From IMG/VR virus record IMGVR_UViG_3300042350_005891: DNA of 64,000 nt; one strand, given 5' to 3'. This stretch comes from an uncultured virus (IMG/VR IMGVR_UViG_3300042350_005891) (taxonomy: Duplodnaviria > Heunggongvirae > Uroviricota > Caudoviricetes). Positions 56,681 to 64,000 of the stretch are shown piece after piece. The notes beneath the pieces were generated by a model. That model had not been told where the DNA came from, searched no databases, and saw nothing but the letters and a program-made list of their open reading frames with translations. How positions within the stretch are numbered: the first letter of the stretch is position 1; each line of letters opens with the position of its first letter. The position numbers were made by a program, and so were the translations under genes.

Positions 56681-59035
56681 TTATCGGCCATCACGCGCGG
56701 CATCAACGAGCCGCACATATTCGACCGAAGCTTGTGTTGGGATGGAGAACGCATGGCTCCGCATCATATCGGGAGACTCTGGGTTTCTCACGAAGAGCGG
56801 ATAGCGATCGACCAGACCCTTGGATGCTTTCTTCAAATCAAACGATGGCTCGGGAAGAAGATTAAAGAGTGCTTTGTACTCCTTGCTCTCTTCTCCACGG
56901 CCAATCTGCCAGACTCCTGTGGGGCGTCTGAGCCACACGGGAAGTTTCCGTTGCTCTTGTTCGTTTCCACCAAGCATCCGATAAAGGTGTTCCATGTAGA
57001 CACGGAACGGACTTTTCGGGTCAAGCCCGCTGATGAGGCTTGGCTTGTTCTTTGAACTCTCAAACCACCTGAACAAGTCCTCCGTCTCAAAGAAGTTACC
57101 GGAGTTCTTCCAACCATTACTACCCCAATGGGATGAGCTGTAGGAGAAGAACACCCGAGCCGCCTTGCGGTCGGCAATCAGTTGTGCCTTGTCTGGGTTG
57201 GCAACGAGAAACTCTTTGACATACTTGTCGAGAGCCTCGTGGAGGCAGATGAGGTTATCGTTAGCTTTGGCTTTCTCGTCGGCAACCTTGACGCCGTAAA
57301 GCGCCTTGACCGGAGAGATAGCCTTCAGATACCCCAATGCATCGTGCAGGGTTTCGTAGTTGCTGTAGAACGCGTCTCTTCCAAGGGTCGCAGACCACTC
57401 AAACTTGTTGAGCCGGACAAAGACAGTCTCGCCATCCGGCGCCTGTCCAAGATTCCAATGGTCGCTGAGCTTGTCTTGATCCGCATAGTCCGAGCGAAGG
57501 ACAAACAGATTCCCGCGGGAATGCTTTTTGTCCTTCACGGCGATCACGGGGTCACCGTTCTCATCAACGAATGTCTTCGCTGGCGGCTTGGGCAACGCCT
57601 CGATGGAGCGGAACGGCACATGCTTGAACCAAGGCACATTGGCCTCGAGCCAGGCTTTGCCACCGTTCTTGCAGGATATGACAAAGACGGTTGCGTCATT
57701 GCTGTAATCCGTGGTGTTCGTCATCCAATAACGGAGGCGGGCTTCACCCGATCCGGTCTTGGTGTCGTTGAGGAACACCTCCATATTTTTGGAGATATGG
57801 ATTCGGTGGTCGTCACGATCAACGCTTACCCTTGACTTGCCCCAGCTGCGCTTGCCCATCCGAAGCAGGGTGATGCCATGCTCCTCAAGAATGGTCTTGG
57901 GTGTCTTGGTGATCTCGCCCTTGGCGTTCTTCTCAGTCTCCGCAAGCGGGAGCTCGAAGTCCCCGCTGAGTGGAATACCTTTCCACGTCAGCTTGGGCTT
58001 GATCTTCTTGACGACGGCGTCACGGAAGTTGCTTGAGCCATACTCACCGTAACGGCGGAACTCGCGGATAACCTGATACGCCGCGATGATGTCGGGCGCA
58101 CCCTGCACAGCCTTGATAAGCTCGTCTCCGATCGTGTTGACGATCGGGGTCAGATGCTTGATCAGACTCTGGATGGTCTTCTGCGAGTATTGCAGGTCCT
58201 CACGGGAAGGTGCGATCTGCACATCCCCGAGCTCGACCCGCACGTAGACGCCAGCGTTGATCAATTCCTTGATCGAGTTGGGTCCGGCGAAGTCGGCTTT
58301 CAGCGGATACAAAACCAGCCCCATCTGGAGCCAGCTATTGTTATCGCCACGGAAAGACCAGTTGCTTCCCTTGACCGAGCCTTCGCTGTAGTCACGCTTG
58401 GCCAGCATCTCCTGTTCTTCCGCAGTCGCCGACGCCAGCTTGGGCTGGACGTCAAAGACCTTGTAGACACGGATGGCCGTCGAGCGAAACCGCTCAACGT
58501 CAGTCGGGCGGACGGCGATGGCAATCTCAACCCCGCTTGGTTCCTTGGTCTTGGTCTCGCTGAGCATCGTGGCTCTGCCCACTTCGCTCTCGTCGATGTA
58601 GCAGTTCCAGATGCGCTTGGTTCCATCGTGGATGTCGGTCACGGTGCAGGAGTCGGTGTACGAGCCATAGGACTTGCAACCGATGCCAAGGCAACCCGTG
58701 AACTTATTGCTCGTCCGCTTGCTTGACCCGCCGTAGGAGCAGAACAAGTCCTTGAACGACTCAACGCCAAGACCCGGACCGAAGTCACGGAGCTTGAAGG
58801 TGGGAGCCAAGGACGTGGGAAGCGTCACCTCGAACGGCTTCTTCTCGTTGCCGTTGAGCATGTGCGCCTCGCACGCATTTGTGCCGTACTCACGGACCAC
58901 CGCACGGATGGGATCGGAGTAGGCTTTGCGGAGGATGCTGGCGATGTGACCGAGGTTGGCCGTGTCGATCTTGTAGTCGACCGACTCGCCGCCACCCTCG
59001 ATGACCGCCGAGTTTCTTGCAGCTGTAATGATCAT
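56681..59035 (-). CDS. rIIA: RIIA-like protein (GHKL/HSP90-like ATPase N-terminus)
   Basis: YSDPIRAVVREYGTNA, DFGPGL, GCLGIGCKS, PSREDLQY; upstream of rIIB. Confidence 0.9.
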   Translation of the reverse strand: MIITAARNSAVIEGGGESVDYKIDTANLGHIASILRKAYSDPIRAVVREYGTNACEAHMLNGNEKKPFEVTLPTSLAPTFKLRDFGPGLGVESFKDLFCSYGGSSKRTSNKFTGCLGIGCKSYGSYTDSCTVTDIHDGTKRIWNCYIDESEVGRATMLSETKTKEPSGVEIAIAVRPTDVERFRSTAIRVYKVFDVQPKLASATAEEQEMLAKRDYSEGSVKGSNWSFRGDNNSWLQMGLVLYPLKADFAGPNSIKELINAGVYVRVELGDVQIAPSREDLQYSQKTIQSLIKHLTPIVNTIGDELIKAVQGAPDIIAAYQVIREFRRYGEYGSSNFRDAVVKKIKPKLTWKGIPLSGDFELPLAETEKNAKGEITKTPKTILEEHGITLLRMGKRSWGKSRVSVDRDDHRIHISKNMEVFLNDTKTGSGEARLRYWMTNTTDYSNDATVFVISCKNGGKAWLEANVPWFKHVPFRSIEALPKPPAKTFVDENGDPVIAVKDKKHSRGNLFVLRSDYADQDKLSDHWNLGQAPDGETVFVRLNKFEWSATLGRDAFYSNYETLHDALGYLKAISPVKALYGVKVADEKAKANDNLICLHEALDKYVKEFLVANPDKAQLIADRKAARVFFSYSSSHWGSNGWKNSGNFFETEDLFRWFESSKNKPSLISGLDPKSPFRVYMEHLYRMLGGNEQEQRKLPVWLRRPTGVWQIGRGEESKEYKALFNLLPEPSFDLKKASKGLVDRYPLFVRNPESPDMMRSHAFSIPTQASVEYVRLVDAARDGR

Positions 59036-59295
59036 ATGAGTGAATCTCCTTTCACGTATTCAATGATGAGTGGGCGTAGCTTCTTTCCCCGTTTGACCTT
59101 GGGGGCGTCGTTGACCTTGTGCTTGCGCTCCACGACCACCGACCAGATGTCGGCATCCGTGTAGTTGGCAAGCGCGATCTCCGCCTCCCGCATGGTGATG
59201 TAGAGGGTCGGGTCGACCATCACATTGTCACGGTCATAGATCACCAGAGCGTCAGCCTTGGTAACCTTGGGGTGAATCTTGATCGCCTCACTCAC
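59032..59295 (-). CDS. Hypothetical early protein
   Basis: Coupled to rIIA. Confidence 0.55.
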   Translation of the reverse strand: MSEAIKIHPKVTKADALVIYDRDNVMVDPTLYITMREAEIALANYTDADIWSVVVERKHKVNDAPKVKRGKKLRPLIIEYVKGDSLI

Positions 59296-59605
59296 CGGTT
59301 GGAATCCTGTGAGCTGTGAAGTGCCACTCTTCCGACGTCACGGTTGACGCCTGGAGAATGTGGTCGACTTCCTCGGGCGACAGCCGCTTGAGGAGATGTT
59401 GCCGGAGCAACGGTTTGACGAGCCTTTGCTTGTCGTGTTCGTCCATGCGAACCTCGAAGACCTGACCCGACCATTCCTTGTTTCCAAGCTTCGCGGATTC
59501 GAGGAAGAGAGTGCGATACTCTTTCCGTCGCTCGTTGGAGAGCTTGAGGTTTTCGGTTGCGCGACCGAAGTCGTCGACAACCTGAGTTGGTATTGTTAGT
59601 TCCAT
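59288..59605 (-). CDS. Hypothetical early protein
   Basis: AAAGGA Shine-Dalgarno with an A/C-rich leader. Confidence 0.65.
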   Translation of the reverse strand: MELTIPTQVVDDFGRATENLKLSNERRKEYRTLFLESAKLGNKEWSGQVFEVRMDEHDKQRLVKPLLRQHLLKRLSPEEVDHILQASTVTSEEWHFTAHRIPTGE

Positions 59606-59640
59606 TGTAGTGTTCCTTTCGGTTTTGGTTTCGTTTTGTT

Positions 59641-59690
59641 CCGCCCACACGGGCAGACCGACACGCCCTCATCGGGCGCGCGGGGTCTGA
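59641..59690 (-). promoter_or_regulatory. Intercistronic hairpin with GAUGA loop, copy 1
   Basis: AGAC stem, internal loop, GC stem, GAUGA loop; same architecture as 62382-62432. Confidence 0.6.
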
Positions 59691-59693
59691 CCG

Positions 59694-59870
59694 TCAAGAC
59701 CAAGTAGCTTTGCCTACGGTGTTGCCGTTCTCATCGCGAATGGTGTAGGTTTCGCGCTGGTCGTCAGCCACATCATCGGAGAGTTCGCTCAAGATTCGGG
59801 ACAATTCAAACTCCGGGGCATCCCCGAAAGCCGCATTGTCCGTATCAATTTCTAATTTGAACTTTGCCAT
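59694..59870 (-). CDS. Small acidic protein (58 aa)
   Basis: Translated manually: MAKFKLEIDTDNAAF...IRDENGNTVG; GGAGG Shine-Dalgarno. Confidence 0.75.
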   Translation of the reverse strand: MAKFKLEIDTDNAAFGDAPEFELSRILSELSDDVADDQRETYTIRDENGNTVGKATWS

Positions 59871-59881
59871 TTGATACCTCC

Positions 59882-60151
59882 TTATTCTGTTGTTGCCATC
59901 GGGAACACGAGCTTGCCTTCCTTGGAGGTCGGCTTGTCGTGTTTGAGTTCATACCAGTAACCAACGATGGTTTTGTTTGCGTCTTCAACGCAACCATCCT
60001 TGACTAACTGGAGCCGAAGTCGAGCAGAAACTTTGTTGCCGAAGAGGTTGGTATTCAACCACTTATAGCATTTCTCCCGGTTCGGAAACTCATAGACTCC
60101 GTTTCGGTTTCCACGCGAATCGGAGTGAATGAATACTTTAAGATTCATCAC
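59882..60151 (-). CDS. Hypothetical early protein
   Basis: Coupled ORF. Confidence 0.55.
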   Translation of the reverse strand: MMNLKVFIHSDSRGNRNGVYEFPNREKCYKWLNTNLFGNKVSARLRLQLVKDGCVEDANKTIVGYWYELKHDKPTSKEGKLVFPMATTE

Positions 60152-60438
60152 TCGTCCGCCAGAAACTCTTCCGCACGTTCGGACGCAATCTCCATCAGCT
60201 TGGATTCTGCAATGTTCTGCAAATCCTCGGGGATGGGGATTATGTCTTCACCGTTGGGGAGCTCTCCAATGGAAAGATTCTCAACGGTCACCGAATCGGT
60301 GGCGAATCGTTCGACATGATCACGGTAACCAATCGGGCCGACATCCTGTCTGGACAACTCGACGGTGACATCAGCGGTCGCGCCATAACGTGCCCCGTTA
60401 TACTCAAAGTCAATGTCAAACTGATTTTGGTATGTCAT
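60148..60438 (-). CDS. Hypothetical acidic early protein
   Basis: GGAG Shine-Dalgarno; ATGA overlap. Confidence 0.6.
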   Translation of the reverse strand: MTYQNQFDIDFEYNGARYGATADVTVELSRQDVGPIGYRDHVERFATDSVTVENLSIGELPNGEDIIPIPEDLQNIAESKLMEIASERAEEFLADE

Positions 60439-60719
60439 ACGAGCTCCCTGTCCGCGATCATCTGTTTGCGAGCTTCCTGCAAAAGATGCTGGACAACTTC
60501 CGCATCCCGCAGGGCCAGGTTCCTGTCGGTTCGCTTGTACTTGTAGCCCGTGATTGAGGAGATGATCTCCATGCAACGTTGGGGCGTGGCGAACCGAGTC
60601 AACCTCATCCCGCGGTTCAGGGCTTGTAGCCCCTGTTTCGCGACAAGAAAGCTGATGACCGGAACTCCGTTGAGAGCCCCGCCAGTCGTGTCGATTGTGA
60701 TGATGCGCTCCTTACTCAT
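60435..60719 (-). CDS. Hypothetical early protein
   Basis: AGGAGG Shine-Dalgarno. Confidence 0.65.
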   Translation of the reverse strand: MSKERIITIDTTGGALNGVPVISFLVAKQGLQALNRGMRLTRFATPQRCMEIISSITGYKYKRTDRNLALRDAEVVQHLLQEARKQMIADRELV

Positions 60720-60939
60720 TTGTCACCTCCTTGATTTGGTAGCCGTAAGCCCAATGCCCGTTGGCTAGGTCAAACACACAATGGTCTTTAACCTCAACGG
60801 GAATGTGCTCCACGACGATTCCACCTTGTTTCTGTCCATCGTTGACAAGCTCGATGCCAACGATCTTGGCTTTCTCCCAAGATTCGTTGCCCCACGAGCC
60901 ACGCCACCAGACTTGATCGCCTTTGCTGAATAGCTTCAT
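60712..60939 (-). CDS. Hypothetical early protein (SH3-like beta barrel?)
   Basis: KGDQVWWRGSWG...NGHWAYG. Confidence 0.65.
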   Translation of the reverse strand: MKLFSKGDQVWWRGSWGNESWEKAKIVGIELVNDGQKQGGIVVEHIPVEVKDHCVFDLANGHWAYGYQIKEVTNE

Positions 60940-61100
60940 TTCTTATCCTCCTCAATGATCGTTAACAACTGCTCGCAGTTTTTAATATGGTCATAAATCT
61001 GACCATAAATGTGCTCATCTTCTGGTGAAAGGACGATTGCCTTGGTCACATCAAGGGTGAGCGTGTTCAGCTTGTTCCTAATCTTGGTAATCGGCTTCAT
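60936..61100 (-). CDS. Small hypothetical protein (54 aa)
   Basis: Translated manually; GAGG Shine-Dalgarno. Confidence 0.55.
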   Translation of the reverse strand: MKPITKIRNKLNTLTLDVTKAIVLSPEDEHIYGQIYDHIKNCEQLLTIIEEDKK

Positions 61101-61467
61101 TTGACCTCGGCTTTCTGAACGTGGTTTGGATCTTCTCGTGGATCATCTTGATTGTTTGAATCAAGGCATCAAAGCTGGATTGGCTTACGCATCCAGTCTT
61201 GAAGATGTAGTATGGTTCCGGCGAGACGACCCTTCCTGTATTTGTCCACTCGTAGGTGGGACGAATCTCAAACATCGCCCTGTAGCCATCAAGGTCGGTG
61301 TAATAGAGGCCCACGCTACCAATCTCTGTTTTGGTTGGCAGACGGTGTGTCCGAAGCACAACCTTCCCGCGGGGAAAGCTGTAAGTGGACGTCCGAGGAA
61401 TCGGGTCAAGCCCCAGCAAATGCTGGAGCTTGCCCTTCTCGGCGACGACGGGTAATGGGTAATTCAT
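61078..61467 (-). CDS. Hypothetical early protein
   Basis: Coupled ORF. Confidence 0.55.
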   Translation of the reverse strand: MNYPLPVVAEKGKLQHLLGLDPIPRTSTYSFPRGKVVLRTHRLPTKTEIGSVGLYYTDLDGYRAMFEIRPTYEWTNTGRVVSPEPYYIFKTGCVSQSSFDALIQTIKMIHEKIQTTFRKPRSNEADYQD

Positions 61468-61655
61468 TTAACGAATCGAAGCATCAGTGTCCCGATGCCA
61501 AGCTCCAGATAAATGATAGTTGAACTTGTGCTCCAGTAGATCTCGAATCCGAGAGCTGTCGGAGCAAAGTTAAAGACGAACGTGTTGCTCGCCTTGCTGC
61601 GATAGGTGTGGAACCTAGCCCATTCCCAACTGGTGTTAGTCAACTTCATTGTCAT
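61464..61655 (-). CDS. Small hypothetical protein
   Basis: GGAGGAG upstream. Confidence 0.45.
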   Translation of the reverse strand: MTMKLTNTSWEWARFHTYRSKASNTFVFNFAPTALGFEIYWSTSSTIIYLELGIGTLMLRFVK

Positions 61656-61989
61656 TCTCCTCCTCGTTGACCGCGCCATTCAGCACGGCTTGTTTCTGTT
61701 TGCGGAAGCGGAACGACCAGTCACCCGACCACGAGCGGATGATGGCGATCAGCTGTTCAAAGCTTGGAATCCGGTAAGGACGCTCAAGCTCGGACGCAAT
61801 GTAGAATCCCCAGGTGTTGTCGGGGGTTCTGACATTGATCATCGTCTCGGGCAATACCCACCCTTCGGGGTGGGCGATGCCGTTGACGATGACCGTTCCG
61901 GTGTTGATGGTGAACTCAAGACCTTGGCCTTGCTTTCCCCGTAGCTGGATTTCCTGTCCAGCCCTCCAGATTTTGCTGTTGGGATTCAT
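61636..61989 (-). CDS. Hypothetical early protein
   Basis: GGAGG Shine-Dalgarno; ATGA overlap. Confidence 0.6.
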   Translation of the reverse strand: MNPNSKIWRAGQEIQLRGKQGQGLEFTINTGTVIVNGIAHPEGWVLPETMINVRTPDNTWGFYIASELERPYRIPSFEQLIAIIRSWSGDWSFRFRKQKQAVLNGAVNEEENDNEVD

Positions 61990-62126
61990 CGAACGTCCTC
62001 CGCAAGCACATTGATGAGCTTGATGAGAAGCATCGCGGAAGCCACCAGACAGGCGGGGATGGCGATGAACGCCATGCCCAGCTGAAGGAGGATCGTCAGC
62101 ACGTCCCAGCACTCCTGCGGGGTCAT
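61986..62126 (-). CDS. Small membrane protein
   Basis: Hydrophobic 46 aa; ATGA overlap. Confidence 0.5.
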   Translation of the reverse strand: MTPQECWDVLTILLQLGMAFIAIPACLVASAMLLIKLINVLAEDVR

Positions 62127-62350
62127 GCGACCCCCGCTAGGTTGAGCCGGTTGCCGAAGCCCCGGTTGTTGTGGTTGATCTTGATCATCGCCTCGGCACG
62201 CGCTTGCGTGGCGTCGATGACCGCCTCGTTTTCCGTCAGTCCCTCGCCCTCCCATCCCTCGATCGAGGCGATGTAGTAGCGACCTGTGAGATTCCCGCTG
62301 GGGGAAGTCCCTTGGCAGACCGAGATTACGATTTTGTTGTTGACTTTCAT
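62123..62350 (-). CDS. Hypothetical early protein
   Basis: AAAGGA Shine-Dalgarno. Confidence 0.6.
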   Translation of the reverse strand: MKVNNKIVISVCQGTSPSGNLTGRYYIASIEGWEGEGLTENEAVIDATQARAEAMIKINHNNRGFGNRLNLAGVA

Positions 62351-62381
62351 TTGTATTCCTTTGGTTAGGGTTATCTGTTTT

Positions 62382-62432
62382 CTCCAGCCTATCGGCCAGA
62401 CTTGTGCCCCCTCATCGGGGGCACTTGGTCTA
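62382..62432 (-). promoter_or_regulatory. Intercistronic hairpin with GAUGA loop, copy 2
   Basis: TAGAC..GTGCCCCC-GATGA-GGGGGCAC..GTCTG. Confidence 0.6.
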
Positions 62433-62720
62433 TCCGCATAGAACCCAGAACATCCCGAACTGACGGGTCGTTCTGTTGCGTTGGTAAGCTTCGTCACAGG
62501 TCATCATCTTTTTGACGACAACCTTGCGGTTGATGTCGGTCAACGCATACGACCGCTCCAGACCCTGCGCCCTTTCACGGGCGAGCCGGAGACGGCAGTT
62601 GCTGTTGGCCATCTTGATGTTCTTGCGCCACTCCTGCTTGTTGAGCTTGCGGTTGTTGTAGGCGACCAGCCCGTCACGAACCGCATACTTGACGCCGATA
62701 AATCCGATCTTTGTGTTCAT
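62430..62720 (-). CDS. Hypothetical basic early protein
   Basis: Coupled ORF. Confidence 0.55.
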   Translation of the reverse strand: MNTKIGFIGVKYAVRDGLVAYNNRKLNKQEWRKNIKMANSNCRLRLARERAQGLERSYALTDINRKVVVKKMMTCDEAYQRNRTTRQFGMFWVLCG

Positions 62721-63055
62721 ATGTCCCGCCCTCCGCTTTGGGTGATCAACACACGGCGAGGGGTCATCCTTGCGATGGAAGCCCTGCGACGGAACAGTTG
62801 ACCAGGAGCCTCGCAGTCGTCGCGATCGACGTCCATGAAGGTGGTGAACTCAAGCCTTCTGACCTCACGGTGCACCGGAAACGGCTTCGAGGATTCGAAG
62901 ACATACCAGTGCGTCCAGCTGTCGTCCGAGGACTCCTTGGCCACGTCGATCACCCGCTTGCCCACGTAAGCGGACTGCGGGTGGTAGTTTCTACAGCCAA
63001 ACTTGATCACCTTTCCGCTGTAGACCACGTTATTGATTGTGATGTAGTCACTCAT
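62717..63055 (-). CDS. Hypothetical early protein
   Basis: AAGGAG Shine-Dalgarno. Confidence 0.6.
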   Translation of the reverse strand: MSDYITINNVVYSGKVIKFGCRNYHPQSAYVGKRVIDVAKESSDDSWTHWYVFESSKPFPVHREVRRLEFTTFMDVDRDDCEAPGQLFRRRASIARMTPRRVLITQSGGRDI

Positions 63056-63071
63056 TGTTTCTCCTTGTTGG

Positions 63072-63323
63072 TTATTGCGAGCGACCGCCGGCATCCAGCA
63101 CATTCCTTAGTGCCGAACGCTGACCGACCCTGCGCGAAATTCGTTTGAAGTCTCCAAAGCTTTCGGGGCTCATCACGTTCAAAGCCCCCGCCGTCTTGTC
63201 CGAGTAAACCATCGCCCCCTTGAGCTTGGGTTCCGGCCAGTCAAAGGCGCATCCTTTGCACTTGGAGAACCCAAGGTCGAGGCGCTCCACCTCGACGGGT
63301 TGGTTGCAGATGGAGCAGTTCAT
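63072..63323 (-). CDS. Zinc-finger protein (DksA/TraR-like C4)
   Basis: CSIC...ERL...CKGC. Confidence 0.65.
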   Translation of the reverse strand: MNCSICNQPVEVERLDLGFSKCKGCAFDWPEPKLKGAMVYSDKTAGALNVMSPESFGDFKRISRRVGQRSALRNVLDAGGRSQ

Positions 63324-63805
63324 CGGTGGCGATGCTCCCACAAGGTCTTGATGTGGGACTTGTAAACCTTGGCAACCGAGGGCATCGGGCAGAACCTAGC
63401 CTTGGTCACAAGGGATCGGATGGCAGCCCGTATGTTGTCGTGCCGGAACTTGACGTCCCGCTCAACCCATAGCTTGGACTGGTCGGGCTTGCCCTCCTCC
63501 ATCCGCCGCCGGTAGGTCTCGGCCTTGGGGGTCACGAGCCTATGCTTGTAGGTTCCGGTCGAATGGAACCCAAGGGCTTTGGCCGCCTCCGCCACGCTGT
63601 CGGCTTTCAACGCCGCCGTCACCCCGTTGATAGTAAGCTTGGGGTTGGAGGGAACCGGGCTACGCCGTTCCCGTGGGATATGGGGTTTGCGTAGGTCAAG
63701 TTGCAGGTCGTCCCACCGACCCGAACCGGACATGGGGTCATTGACCTCACGATCCTGTGCCATACGGCGCAGGGTTCCGAAGTCCTGTAGATACGTGTTA
63801 TTCAC
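63320..63805 (-). CDS. Hypothetical early protein
   Basis: AAGGAG Shine-Dalgarno before GTG. Confidence 0.6.
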   Translation of the reverse strand: MNNTYLQDFGTLRRMAQDREVNDPMSGSGRWDDLQLDLRKPHIPRERRSPVPSNPKLTINGVTAALKADSVAEAAKALGFHSTGTYKHRLVTPKAETYRRRMEEGKPDQSKLWVERDVKFRHDNIRAAIRSLVTKARFCPMPSVAKVYKSHIKTLWEHRHR

Positions 63806-64000
63806 TGGTTACTCCTTGGTTGATGGTTTCTCTCACAATCCCTATACGGCTCGCCGTCCCCTCCCCCTTGGGAAAGCTTCCCAAAGGCAGGGGGGAGGCT
63901 ATGGCATCCTCGAATCTTTGATTCAAAGAAGGCTTGCATCGTGCACGATAGGCGGTATAAGCTCGGTTTATGGGCAAAGTATTGGCCGTAGATTGGCAAG

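Larger units (their letters stand above)
1..64000. mobile_element. Tailed dsDNA bacteriophage genome segment (podovirus-like)
   Basis: TerL-portal-scaffold-capsid order, lysis cassette, phage replication module, rIIA/rIIB and dense overlapping ORFs; no host housekeeping genes. Confidence 0.95.

Noticed and set aside
59660..59680. GAUGA loops as hammerhead ribozyme cores
   Set aside because: The sequence is CCGAUGAG closing a hairpin, not CUGANGA in a three-way junction
1..64000. Stop-codon reassignment, tRNA genes, integrase or repressor, small terminase
   Set aside because: Genes are intact in the standard code and none of these elements were recognised; they may lie outside the window or be too divergent

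Overview
The whole window is a gene-dense tailed-phage genome segment, probably most of the genome. It looks podovirus-like: there is no tape measure or sheath gene, and it has large internal-virion proteins. Three transcription blocks are visible. (1) A minus-strand replication block (1-11437) encodes an Hjc-like resolvase, an SF2 helicase, a split DUF2800/Cas4-like nuclease, an SSB-like protein, a family A DNA polymerase and a primase-helicase, followed by a secreted 3D-domain protein and a trypsin-like protease. (2) A plus-strand morphogenesis and lysis block (11501-52460) encodes TerL, portal, scaffold, major capsid, paralogous fibre-like proteins, a spanin/holin/CHAP lysis cassette, tail proteins, a 3781-aa polyvalent protein, a GH73 hydrolase and a cluster of basic microproteins. 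(3) A minus-strand early block (52563-63999) holds many small ORFs plus rIIA/rIIB, gp88-like, HhH-glycosylase-like and putative histone-fold genes. The most unusual observations are a ~200-nt G·U-rich structured RNA leader before the capsid gene, a Y-shaped RNA with twin UUCG hairpins, repeated intercistronic hairpins in the early region, a family of sigma70-type promoters with 16-bp spacers that would give near-leaderless mRNAs, a sigma-factor-like segment inside the giant protein, a phage histone candidate and a split Fe-S nuclease. I saw no tRNA, CRISPR array, integrase or reverse transcriptase. All calls come from reading motifs by eye, and no database searches or folding programs were run.
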